A stretch of 64,000 bases of DNA. It comes from Vitrella brassicaformis CCMP3155. Taxonomy: Eukaryota > Protista > Chromerida. The notes under the pieces were generated by a model. That model was not told where the DNA came from and made no database searches. It saw nothing but the letters and a program-made list of their open reading frames with translations. Position 1 is the first letter of the stretch. Each line of letters begins with the position of its first letter. The stretch lies in assembly GCA_001179505.1 (NCBI GenBank), contig CDMY01000193.1:109079-173078 (forward strand), in the 5' to 3' direction. The position numbers were made by a program, and so were the translations under genes. Shown here in pieces: positions 14,001 to 25,366 of the stretch.

Positions 14001-14861
14001 CTCTGCTGTGTGACCTACCTGCTGTCTTAGGTCTCCGCTGATTTGTCTGAGACCGTGTGGTCCTTCGCTGCTGTCCGGGCCAGCCATCGATCGCAGCATC
14101 AGGTCGTCGCTGGTTCCGTTAGTGTCGGTGGCGCGGCCGGCCCGTGAAGGAAGGGGCAGGTGCAGGTGAGACGGGAGCCTGCACGAGCAGGACAATGAGG
14201 GAGGGGATCTGTGTGTCAGGAGTGTGGGGCTCACGTGACTTGTGATTGTCCGGGAGGCGATGAAGGTCCAGCCTGGGAGGGACAAGAGACACAACACCAT
14301 GTCTGTCTACCACCGATGTCTCCCTCCCTCCCTCCCTCAGTCACTCACCTGTTCCTTGCCCCCATTCTCTCTTTGTTGTAGCTCCTCGGCATCGTCTCCC
14401 CCCAGCAGTTTGAGCATTGTGTCCACCTCTTCATCCATCGCCCTGCTCCCTCTCTCACACCCGTCCGTCGCCCCAAATCTCACCTCGTCGGCACCTTCAC
14501 CCAGCACCTCCCCATCCGTCCCAGGGGGCAGCACCACACCCAGTGCTTCACGGCTCGGCAAACAGAAGGAGGTCGTAGCTGGAGGCCGATCGGCTGCCGC
14601 GGGGATGATGTGGCGGCCGCGTTTCGGGCCGCCGAGGGCTGGTTTGTCTCTGCGATTGGCGTGCCCCTGTCGCTTGTCTCTGTGTATGTCGTGTGGGACG
14701 AGGTCGTCGAGGTCACTGTGGTTGGGAATCGACCGCTGCTGTGCCGTGTTCCTCTCGGACTCGACCTTCTCGAGGGCCTCCTCCAGGTCCTTCTCAGTCG
14801 ACATCAGGGGGTAGGGGCCGGGCTGGTGGGCTCCGTCACTTGTCGGGAGCAGCCCTGACAT
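11077..14861 (-). CDS. Large multi-exon low-complexity hypothetical protein with AT-hook-like motifs
   Basis: Long minus-strand ORFs 14337-14861, 13044-13943 and 11077-12684 are separated by GT-AG introns. It contains TRGRPKGRPRG and KGRGRGRG, acidic patches and poly-Ala. The exon chain is only partly resolved. Confidence 0.55.
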
Positions 14862-15410
14862 AGCGGGAGGGTTGGCCTGATGTGACGAAGGGGGTGTACA
14901 GCGATGGTTGTCCGGTCGTGTCTTGGGTCGTGTCTTCGGTTTTCAAAGCATGAGAGAGCGGTTGGCAGGGGGCGGTGTGGACCTGTAGGCCCGGTGGGGA
15001 CAAGACTCACAGACCCCCCTGCGGCGCACAGGACGCCCTGCAGCAGACCGAGCGACGGCTTGTCGTTCGAGAGAAGGCTCAAGAGAGAGAAGGCGAGTGG
15101 GACAGAGTCACGTGTCCCGCTCTCAGTCCCAGCCGTCCGTCACAAACGCGTGAACGGAATACTGTGGTGTGGAAAGGGACGGAAGAGGCAATGCGCGCAG
15201 GAACGCCGGGGCTGCATAGCATGCAGACGCCCACACAAGCCCCCAGGCAGATCCCTCCCTTCCCTCCCCTCCCCTCCATTCTCCCCCTCCCGACCGCTGG
15301 CAGCTAAAGGCTGACCTCAGCTGAGGTCTCTGCTCCATCAAGGCGTTTGCGGCGAGAGGCGCGAGCTCACCACAGGGAGGCGAACCCTGCAGAGGAACGC
15401 TTTGGACGCC

Positions 15411-17110
15411 ATGTCGGGAGTTGTTGATGGTGTTGATAGTGATGTGTTTGGATGTCCTCATATCTCGACTATCCGGGCGGTCATCGGCAGTAACGACGCC
15501 AGCATCGTAGAGAGGATGAAGATGCTCTACTACGCCAGACACAAGGGAGGGCCAGAGGCAGTGGAGGCACTGCAGCTGGGACTGAACACCAGATCCAACC
15601 TCCTCAGGTGCGGTAGCCACAACAAATGAACAAGAGATCCCGCAGTTAGAGAGATGATGCTGTCGGTGTGTGTGTTTGCTGCGCTGCTGCGTTGTGTGTC
15701 TATGAGCAGGCACGAGATAGCGTATGTGTTGGGTCAGCTGGGGGAGCCGTCTGCCATCCCCATTCTTACGCAGCTCCTCAGCGACCCAGCAGAGGACGAT
15801 ATGGTTCGCCATGAGGTAGGTGACCGCATTGATACACACACACACACACACACACACAGACACAGACTGTTGTGATTCATGCCGGCCGCGTGTCCTTGCT
15901 CCAGGCTGCTGAGGCCCTGGCGGCCGTCAAATCGACCGAGAGCCTGGATCTGGTGAGCCTTTTTGGGGTGTAGACACGACACGATGTGGAGAATAAGTGC
16001 GTCCGTTATGCCATATACATTCAGATCCGCGAGTACGCTTCTGATGCCTCCCTCCCCGCCGTTGTTCGCGAGACCTGCGAACTGGCAGTGAGGTCGCTGG
16101 AGGACAAGAAGGAGGAGCAGGAACCATCAGATGCCGACCCATCACCACCAGCAGCAGCGGCTGATGAGAGCGATAAGGACCAGCGGCATCAAGAGGAGGC
16201 GACTCAGAGGGGCAAGGGGTGGACGCTCCACAAGTTAGTCGATGGCGAGGCCTGCAGAGAGAATGAATGACAACACAGCTTAAGACACCTGGATGTGATG
16301 TGTGTGAATGTGCGGTGGGTGATTGGTGCAGTCCTGTTGGTGCGCCATCGGCCGCGGGTGCGGACTCGTCCGTGAGCCCCTACAACACCGTCGATCCCCT
16401 CGCCACCAAGAAGGGCTACCGCAAGCAAGACATCCCGGCACTGCGCCAGACACTCCTCGACCACACATCCCCCCTCTGGCTCAAGTAGGTAGACGAATCA
16501 AGGCCAGCGAGTCAGTCGATCCACACAGACGCTGTTTGTCTGTTTGTCTGTCTGTCTGGTCGTGTGTGTGTATGTGTGTGTGACCAGGTACGAGAGTCTG
16601 TTTGCCTTGCGGAATCTGGGTGGCAGTGGTGCTGTGGAGGCAGTGTCGAGAGCCCTCACGGACGACCGGACGTCAGCTCTCTTCAGACACGAGGTGAGGC
16701 GAAGCAGGCGGGCGGCTGGACACGCAGTCAACCTGAGAGAGCGGAAGGAGCGATGGCATCCATCGAATGGTCCACTTATTTTATTGTGCTTGTGTGTGTG
16801 GATTGCGTCAGTTGGCGTTTGTGTTGGGTCAGATGCAGAGTGAGGACAGCGTGTCGGCGCTGGTTCAGTGCCTGGGTGACGCTAGCGAGCACCCGATGGC
16901 ACGGCACGAGGCGGCACTCGCTCTCGGGGCCATCGGGTCCAAAGAAGCCATACACGCACTGTAAGCGAGACAAGATGCAGCCAGAGACAGACCGCGAGAT
17001 AAAACGGCTGTGGGTGTGTGTGTGTGTGTGTGGTCAGGGAGCGCCACGTGGAGGACCCTGAGCTAGTTGTGAGCGAGAGCTGTCTTGTCGGGCTGGCGGG
17101 CGAAGACTGA
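15411..17110 (+). CDS. DOHH: Deoxyhypusine hydroxylase (HEAT-repeat di-iron enzyme)
   Basis: Spliced product has all four His-Glu motifs: LLRHEIAYVLGQ, MVRHEAAEALAA, LFRHELAFVLGQ and MARHEAALALGAIG. It also has VRETCELA and VVSESCLVGL, with an acidic linker between the two halves. Confidence 0.95.
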
Positions 17111-17426
17111 CTGACTCTCTGTCCGTCCCGTCCGCCTGCCTGCCTGGGTGTGGTGTTTGACCCTTGATTTGCTGTATACCGACCGATGGTCGTGATGTGG
17201 TACACCCATGGATGCATGCCTTGAGTGGGTGGGCGAGACCGTCACATAACATCGAAGGTGAATACTCTCAGGGAATTCTGTACACGGCGAGGGCAGAAGA
17301 AGGGGACTGACAGGGTTTGTGGTGTGCTGTGTGTGAATGCACTTCTCTTTTGTTGCCACCACACAAAAGACTATCCGGCTTGCAATACTATACACAGACA
17401 CACACAGACACACATGCATGCATCAG

Positions 17427-19478
17427 TCAGGTCGTCGTCAAAGAGACGCCGGCAGTGTCTAAGATGCACGAGATGAGAAAGGGCAGCGGCACCAGCGAGA
17501 GGGCATAGATGGCCGCCAGCGTCTGCGCCATCGACTCGGCCTCCTCGCGCTGGCCTTGTTTCTGCACACATCACATCCACATGCACATACCTTGTGGAAA
17601 CGACTCGCACCTTCCCAGCTGGGTGTATCTGCCACTTGCCTGCAGAATGACGACAGTATTCTGCGCAGGAGGCATGCAGCCCTCGAGCAGCAGCAGAAAC
17701 ATCAACACTGGGTCAGCCTGATGGGATGGAGGGAGGGAGGGAGGGAGGGAGGGCGGGACGGGCCATAGAGTCGTGGTGATAATGAGTGCCTGTCTGTCTG
17801 CAGTCTGTCTGTCATACTCTGCATAACACACCTGTATGAGCGATGTCCTCTGCGCGAGTCTGACGACGGCAAATGTGATTGCGGGCATCACACCGAATCT
17901 CGCCAGTGCGACGGCCGGCAGCTGAAAAGCCTGCAACCAGCCAAACAAATAGCCACCGCTGCACTGACACGAACGTGTGTTCGAGACTATATCGCCGTAT
18001 CTCCTCTTGATTACATTGACGCGGAATCCCCCTTGTGCGAATCCACGATACAGCGACCCTGAGAGACACACACGACGGCGGCAACGATACACGTACGTGT
18101 GTCAGTCAGTTCCGTCAGCGTGCTGTCAGTCATCGGCAGTCTGACCGACCAGCGAGGGTGAGTAGTACAGCCGGCAGGTAGAGACTGCCCACATTGCGCA
18201 CCGCATCCACTAGCGGACGAACCACACACGAAGGATTGGCGAAGAAAAACGAGCGAGTCCACGGAAGACCTCCTGCATCGCACAACACAAACCCGTCTGC
18301 TTCCTTCCTTCCCTGCCACCATGTGAATGCGTGGACCTGCGAGTGCGCCAGCGAGGCACCCGAGCACAGGCGGCCTGACCAAACTGTCTCGCGCCTCCCT
18401 CAGTACACCACTCCACGATGGTTTGTTGTTCACTTTGTCTCGGTCATCAGCAAGGATGTTGTAGCCCAGCGACCACAGAAAGGGCGACCACCCAAGCAGG
18501 TAAAAGGCAATGAAGGCTTCACAGCGCTGAAGGATCGAGGCATCTTCATGGAAGGGCATATACCATATGAGCAGTGAACACAGTGACTGACACATGTGGA
18601 TCCATGGGCGTGGGGTACGGCACCTTTATGGGTCCTGAAGAGGGCGCGACAAAAGAGTAGAGGCAAAGGGCCGGAGTTGGCAAATGTAGCCATTGCCGCA
18701 ACCTGCCTAGCCTCCCTGCTGCCACGGGGCAGCCGGCCGACATGCCGCAGTAAACCACCCACACACGAACCTGCAGGTGCACACACCTGATGCGATGCGC
18801 CTTGGATGAGTGCGTGACTGTGTGGCTTACCTTACCTATGAGTATCTGCAGGACAGCGAAGACGGGCAGAGGGGCGAGGAGAGAGAGGCCGCCCGGTGTG
18901 GTGGAGATGGTCTCAGCCACAGACACGAACAGGAAGGCCGGCTGCGCGATGGAATACACCAGCTCACTCAAACACCTGCACGCCGAATGCATTGACCAGA
19001 CACTCAGCTGCAAAGCCTGGCTAGCCTTGCTGCTGACTCGCCTCGCCTCGCCTGATCTTGGCCTGGTCCAGCACACCGAGGTGCCCAGCAATGGCGCCAA
19101 TCACTCCCACATACAGCAGGTTCAGAACGGCGCCGAGCGATGCCTTGAAGATGACTGGATTGGGCACCGGCAGCCCGCCGGCGAGGGACGGCACCTACAC
19201 TCGACACACACAGTGAATTAATGCGGAGAAGGCAAACAGCCAACAGTGCAGTACACACAAGATGCTGGCTGCCCCACCGCCAAAGCAGGAGCAGCCGTTG
19301 ATTGCAGTTGAGTGCAGCTCCCATCAAGAGGTGACGGCACACGCGGCTGCCGTCTGACCAGAGCTGTGCTCCTCCATCGTACGCATGGGTTGTTGATGCT
19401 GCCAGATCTCGAAAGAAGGCCGCTGTTTGCGATAGATGGAACAAGAGGCAATGGTGCAAAGGCACACGTGGGCGCCAT
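17427..19478 (-). CDS. Auxin efflux carrier (AEC)/PIN-LIKES-type membrane transporter
   Basis: Exons give LSELVYSIAQPAFLFVSV, ATFANSGPLPLLF, FIAFYLLGWSPFLWSLGYNIL, VRPPVLGCLAGAL and LLLLEGCMPPAQNTVVILQ, matching conserved AEC/PILS helices. There is a Ser/Arg-rich N-terminal extension. Confidence 0.8.
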
Positions 19479-19619
19479 CAAAGGCGATGATTCCTTTGAA
19501 TTCGCACCGATCGCCGCGCGAGATCAGACGCTCCAGCTGGGCGCTTTCCGTTACGTGAAATCGCCGCGCGCGGAGGAACAATGAGCTCTTCGGGGCTTGT
19601 TTGCAAGAGATCTCGTACA
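19479..19619. promoter_or_regulatory. Putative bidirectional promoter between the AEC transporter and Z-ISO
   Basis: Only 141 bp separate the divergent ATGs. TCGCCGCGCG occurs at 19511-19520 and 19561-19570. Confidence 0.5.
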
Positions 19620-21322
19620 ATGTCTGACCCAATGCTCATCTCACTCATCGCCTTATCCACATTATTCATCGGCTCGTCAGCGTTCCAGCCATCACCCCTC
19701 AGGCGGACTCATCCGCCACCCAGGAGGCATCCGCAGCACCCGCAGCCAACGCAAGAGCGGCCCCGTCACCATGTGTTCCAGCCAGTGCGGTTCGAGGCGA
19801 CGCGCGAGGACCGGGCGGCAGATGCTGTTGGCTTCGTCGGTGAGGATGCAGCGAGGTTCGACCTGGAGGAGCAGAGCCTTAAGAGCTGGGGGATCTTCTC
19901 TGTTCTGCTCGTCACTGTGCTCGGTCGGTGACAAACAGTAGACCCATCTGGACGGCTGTGGTCCTGTCTGTGCCTGATCTCTCACTGGTGGCTGTCTGTG
20001 TGTCTGTCTGTCTGTATGTCTGTCTGCAGGTGCGTTGTATGTGTCATGGATCAGCCCAGAGACCGGCTTCGGCAAGGACTACCTCCGGCTGCTGGAAAGC
20101 ACCTCTGACTCACCAGAGGTACTCAGGACAAAGCAAATGAGTGTCCGTCCATCCACACACACCCCAAGCAGCTGATTGTCGTTTGTTTGTTTCTTGGTGG
20201 TGGTGGTGCACTGCAGGTGGTCATGACGGAGCTGATGGGCATATTTGCAGTGGCCCACAGCGGCCTGGCGTCACTGCGGCCACGGATGGAGGGTATCATA
20301 GGTGCTCGTGCCTGGCGCGTCGTCTTTGCCCTGATGTCGCTGCCACTGGCCTTCTCTGCCATTGCCTACTTCATCAATCATCGGTACACTCAGCCAGCCA
20401 GCCAGCCAGCCAGCCGCCCGCCCGGGGGCGGGGCGGGGCGGGGCGTGTGCAATCAATCGGTCCATGTGGGTGTGGTGTGTGTGCAGCTATGATGGCGTGC
20501 AGCTGTGGGACCTGAGGAACGTGCCAGGTGCGGTTTGCGCTGCGTCGACGCACACGCACACAACGAGGAAGTTTGCTGTGTGTGTTTATGATATGATGCA
20601 GGTGTGCATGAGGTGGTGTGGGGTCTCTCCCTGGTGTCGTTTTTCTTCCTCTACCCTTCCACCTTCAACCTGCTCGAGGTCGCTGCAGTCGACAAGCCTC
20701 AGCTGCACCTGTGGGAGAGCGGCGTGATGCGGATCACTCGGCACCCTCAGATGGTGGGGCAGGGCCTCTGGTGCCTCGCACACACACTCTGGATCGGAAA
20801 CAGGTGAGTGAGTCCTTCCGTCCGTCCGCCTGAGCATCTCATCTCCCTCCGCCTCTCGTGTGTGTGCAGCTTCACCTTGTGGACGTCTGTGTTGCTGATG
20901 GCCCATCATTTGTTCGGTGTGTGGCACGGCGACCAGAGGCTGAGGGCCAAGTACGGCGAGGCGTTCGACCAGGTGCAGCGGCGCACCTCAGTGGTGCCCT
21001 TCGCAGCCGTCATCGACGGCCGGCAGCGACTACCAGACGACTACTGGTGCGACCGACGGGCTTGCACGACGCACACCCGGATGCCGTCAATAACTGCGGT
21101 GCTTGGCTTGACGCAGGAAGGAGTTCGTTCGCCTGCCGTATGCGGTTGTGCTGGCCGCCACGCTGGGCGCATACTGGGCCCACCCCTTCATGCAAGTAGG
21201 TGCCTGCCTGCCTGCCTGCCTGCATGAGAGGGCAACCTGCCACGGGCCTTCAGCTGCACTGCGTTCTTGTCCTTCTCATGTCTGTGCAGGCTTACTCGTG
21301 GCAGAGTCAGGGACGGCCATGA
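19620..21322 (+). CDS. Z-ISO: 15-cis-zeta-carotene isomerase (NnrU family), plastid-targeted
   Basis: Spliced motifs [96 protein letters not shown] and YWAHP. Bipartite leader: hydrophobic signal, then SSAFQP, then a basic transit peptide. Confidence 0.93.
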
Positions 21323-21730
21323 CAGTGACCGTCAACAGATCCATCCGCTGTCAGTGTGTGAGTCCATGCGCGCTGCAGTTGTCTGCCAATGCAGCTAGCT
21401 AGCCACAACCTAAGTGTCGATAATTGATAGGCATTGTGTGCCCCATGAATCAATGGCTTAGAGAAAGGAAAAGGACTGAAACGTATCGTCATCGTGCGAG
21501 CTTTCAACCCGAAGAGCGCTCTGAAGACGACGTGCAACGACATAAGAGGAGCGAGTGGAATCCTGCTCTCCCGACCTCGCATCGAACGACCTGCCGACAA
21601 ACTATATCTATGACGCGCTCTCCCGGCGCTCTTTCGCTCAAGGAGTCGGTGCCGGCGTGATCTGTCCCTCACGGCGGGGACTTTGCCCATCGGGCGGCCG
21701 CATCCGGAGGCGTCGGCCACACCAGCCGCC

Positions 21731-24305
21731 ATGGACAGCAGCTACCCTCCTCTCTCGTTGCCGCTGTCCGGCTCCTCTGGTTCGCCCTTCGATGAGGTCC
21801 CCTTGACAGATGATGGCGACGGCAGCGACCTGGAGGCCTCTGCGGCTGATGTGCAGCCGATCCCGATGGGCGGTGCGAAGGTCATGGCTGTGCGGAAGGT
21901 CGATCTGCGGTACCCCGGTGACCTGAGTCAGCTCAAGAGGGTGCAGGACGAGCAGCCTGAGTTCAACCTCTTCACGTGGAAGCTGGAGCGGCAGGTGCTG
22001 CCCAGTGAGGCAGAGGGCGGGCCGGGCGAGGGCGTCACGGTCAGGGAGTTCAAGTGCTGCACACACGAGGGGTGCGACGTGCGCCTCTGCCTCATCGCCT
22101 CGCCAAACCTCATTCAGCTCGAGATCACTGGTCAGTCAGTCAGTCTACGACCAATGAATGGCACGGCACACACACCATGCGAGGAACGAACCTTTAGCTT
22201 ATTTATTTTGCCTTCCGTCTCGGTTGTGTTGGCGGGTCGTTCGTTCAGGTGAGCACGAGTACAGCATCCACACAGCGTCCCAGGGGTTCCGGACGGCCCT
22301 CGACCGGGCTCTCCAGACCGACCTCAGCACCAACGGCACGGCCTTCCTGCTGCTGTTATCGCGCGCCGAGGAGGCCCGGCTGCGGACGGCCGTCAAGACG
22401 CTGGGCTTCCAGCTGGGGGCCGTGGCGAGCCATGTCGGCAACATCACGCCCTACGCGGCCTTTTGTCAGATCTTCCGGCTGGCGCTCAAGGACTCGGAGG
22501 TCAGCAAGATGTGGCAAGCGCATGGGCTGCCCTACCCCTTCCCCAACCAGCCCCCACAAGTGCCGCTGCCCGAGGCGTTCCCCCAGCTCATGAACCTCAA
22601 GGGCCTCGTCGACGGCATGGGGCAGCTCATGGGGGCCATGCCTGATCCCATGATGGCTGCAGCGGCTTTCCCGGCACCTCCTCTGCCCTCGTTCGACCAG
22701 GAAGAATGCGACAGCGACGGGGAGGGCAGCAAGGGCGGCGGCGTGAAGGGGCAGAGGAGGTCGCGGCGTATTGCAGACGCAGATCGAGAGCTGCCGCCCC
22801 CGCCGCTGTTCCAGCCTCTTGACTCCCTCCCCCCTCCACCAGTGTCCAAGAACGGCCTCTCGTCCCCCCCGCCCCCCCCGCAGAGCATGGATCTGCTTAG
22901 GCTGACGCAGCAAATGGATGGCGGCCTCGCCGAGGGCCTCAAGGCGGTCTCAATCCTCCAGGGACACTTGGGGCGTGGTGGTGCCGACACGTCGCCGAGC
23001 GAGCTGGCCGCGGCGTTCCATTTGCCGCCGATGGACCCAATGGGGATGGCAATGGGGATGGGCATGGATATGGCAGTGGGCATGGGGATAGCCGCGTCGC
23101 TCAAGGCCAAGAAGCGGCGCCGCAAGGTGGCCAACGACGACATGCCTTTCCTGCAGCGGCTGCCCACCCCCGCACCGCCGCTGTCATCACTGCTGAGGTC
23201 TCAGTCCCGCCCGCCCCCTCCCCCGCTCCCCCAGCCGCCCCAGCACGATGACGACAGCGCCGCACCGGAGTCGCCGTGCAAGTCATCTTCCAAGAGGCGG
23301 CGGGCCAAGAGGCCGAGAACGAGGAATCGCGACTCGGGGGGCGACTCGCCCGTGTCGCCTGGCTACCAACCCAGCGGCATGGGGCCCCTGGCTGACATGG
23401 CGGCGCCGCCGGCGACCCCTCCTGCGTCCAAGGGCGCCAGACCGAGAGAGATAGACCGGCGCAAGACCATCGTGCCACTGCTGCCGCCACCCCCACCCAC
23501 CGCGGCGTCGCCCCATTTTCCGCTGACCCGGGGCAGAACCACCCCGGCCCTCCCATACCCCTCCCCCTTCGCCAGCCCCCCACTCATCGGCCTTTCCGTC
23601 GGCCACCCGCCCGCAGAGGCAATCGACTTCACGGACGCTCTGCTGCGCAGGAAGAGTCTCCCTGCCGACCAGCTGCCCTCGCTCGCCTCGTCGCTGCGGG
23701 CCGACGGTACGCGGCCCTCTGAAGCTGAGACGGCTCACATCCTGGCGAGTATGGGCAGGGGTGTGATGCTGCCGATGCCGCCCCACCTGCAGCTGCTGGC
23801 GAGGGCCGAGACGCTGCTGGATGAGCGGCGGATCAAGGGGCTCATTGAGAGGGTCAAGGCAGGGGTCGACCAGGGGGCTGACGTGTCAACCAATGCTGTC
23901 TTCGGCCGGATGAGAGACCCGCAGGTGAACTGAACACGCCCACACACACACAACGACACTTCGGTTCACTGGCTGACCGTTGCGTGTTGTTTGTTCGTGT
24001 GCCGTGTGCCGTGTGCTGTTTGTGCTGTGTGTGTGTATCATCCATCCATCCATCAGCTGTGGAAAGCGGTCAAGCACGTGGCTGAGAAGTCTGCGATGTC
24101 CCCTCTGTGCGAGGAGCACTTCGACACCAACCTCTCCGCTTTCATACGCGACATCATCGCCACCATTGCCTCATCCACAAGCGCAAGCGCAAGCGCAACC
24201 AGCACCGCCGCCGTCCAGCCGCCCGGGCCGCTCGGCGTGCCCCATCCACCCCCTCTGCCGATACCGAGAATGCCGGCAATACTGGCGGCCAGCAAGAAGC
24301 GCTAG
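21731..24305 (+). CDS. Hypothetical nuclear protein with putative WRKY/GCM1-like Zn-finger and Pro-rich region
   Basis: Three exons (21731-22130, 22249-about 23924, about 24057-24305). The first junction gives REFKCCTHEGCDVRLCLIASPNLIQLEITGEHEYSIH. Basic NLS-like motifs KAKKRRRK and KRRRAKRPR. The gene is well supported; the domain call is inference. Confidence 0.7.
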
Positions 24306-25366
24306 CTAGATCAGCTAATGGCAGGCCGGTCGTGTCAACGGCCGGCCGATCGTATCGATGTGTTTGCCGGATGGCTGGCTGGCTGGCCGCGTAAGGTAAG
24401 TGTGGTTTTCCCTCCCTGTGTGAGTGTGTTCCGGGCGGTCTGGGGTGCGTACGGGTGGGATGCGTATAGTGGTAGTTATGGATGGCTTCGGTAGGTGGGT
24501 GAGGTGGGGTGGACATGTGCGTGATGTGCGCTACCATGGCATGGCATGGCCCTTCCTCTCTCCCTCCGGCCCACATGATGTGTTTTATCCCTGTGTGTGC
24601 CTATGTGTGCCTTCCCTTCCCTTTATCGGTCTGTCTGCAAGGAAGGAATGGCTGGCTGGGTGGATCATGCCGCCGTCAATCTTGCAAGCTCGGTTGGTTG
24701 ACGGCTCTTGTACAGACGCACTCATACACACACACACACACACAGACTCACGTGTGGATGGATGGATGGATGGACACACACGCAGCTAACACCCACCCAC
24801 CCACACACACACAATGAAACACTTACTCGGTCTAGTAAGGGGAAGGGGGGAGGGACGGGTGTCTGTATGTAATTCCTCCGTACGTCATGACTAAACTAAC
24901 TGCACACACGCAGACCTCTTCTAAGTCTCTCTCTCTGTCTCTCTCTCTTTCACTGTCTCTCTCTCTCTTGGATGCGCTGCGTGGGTGGTCCGGGGGCCTT
25001 CATATCTCTACCACTATATGTAATTCAGGTGTCTGCACGCCTTCTACATCATCCACAGTCAGTCGACGTCAGGCAGGGAGGAATTAGTGATGGATGCCGT
25101 GGGGTGGGGGAGAGAGAACAGATGGATGGATGGATGGATGGACAACTGTTTATGTAGAAGCACTCACAGCTACATAGTTACATGGGTGGGGTGGGGTGGG
25201 GTGGTGTGTGGTGGGGTGGGGTGGGTGTGTATGCGTGTCTGGGTCTCGTAAGGAGAGATCTATATCCTTTATGCCCTCATGGATGGATGGATGGATGGAT
25301 GGATTGTGACCGGGTGAGTGCACGGAAATGGACGGACCAATGAATGAGTGTGAGACTGATCAATCA

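Noticed and set aside
17427-21322. Auxin-carotenoid (hormone) biosynthetic cluster
   Set aside because: Only two adjacent genes are involved, AEC family membership does not establish auxin transport, and no other pathway genes are nearby.
22199-23959. Long antisense ORFs opposite the 21731-24305 gene (and similar ones opposite the kinase and adhesin genes)
   Set aside because: These are expected shadows of GC-rich coding sequence, with no independent motifs or splice support.
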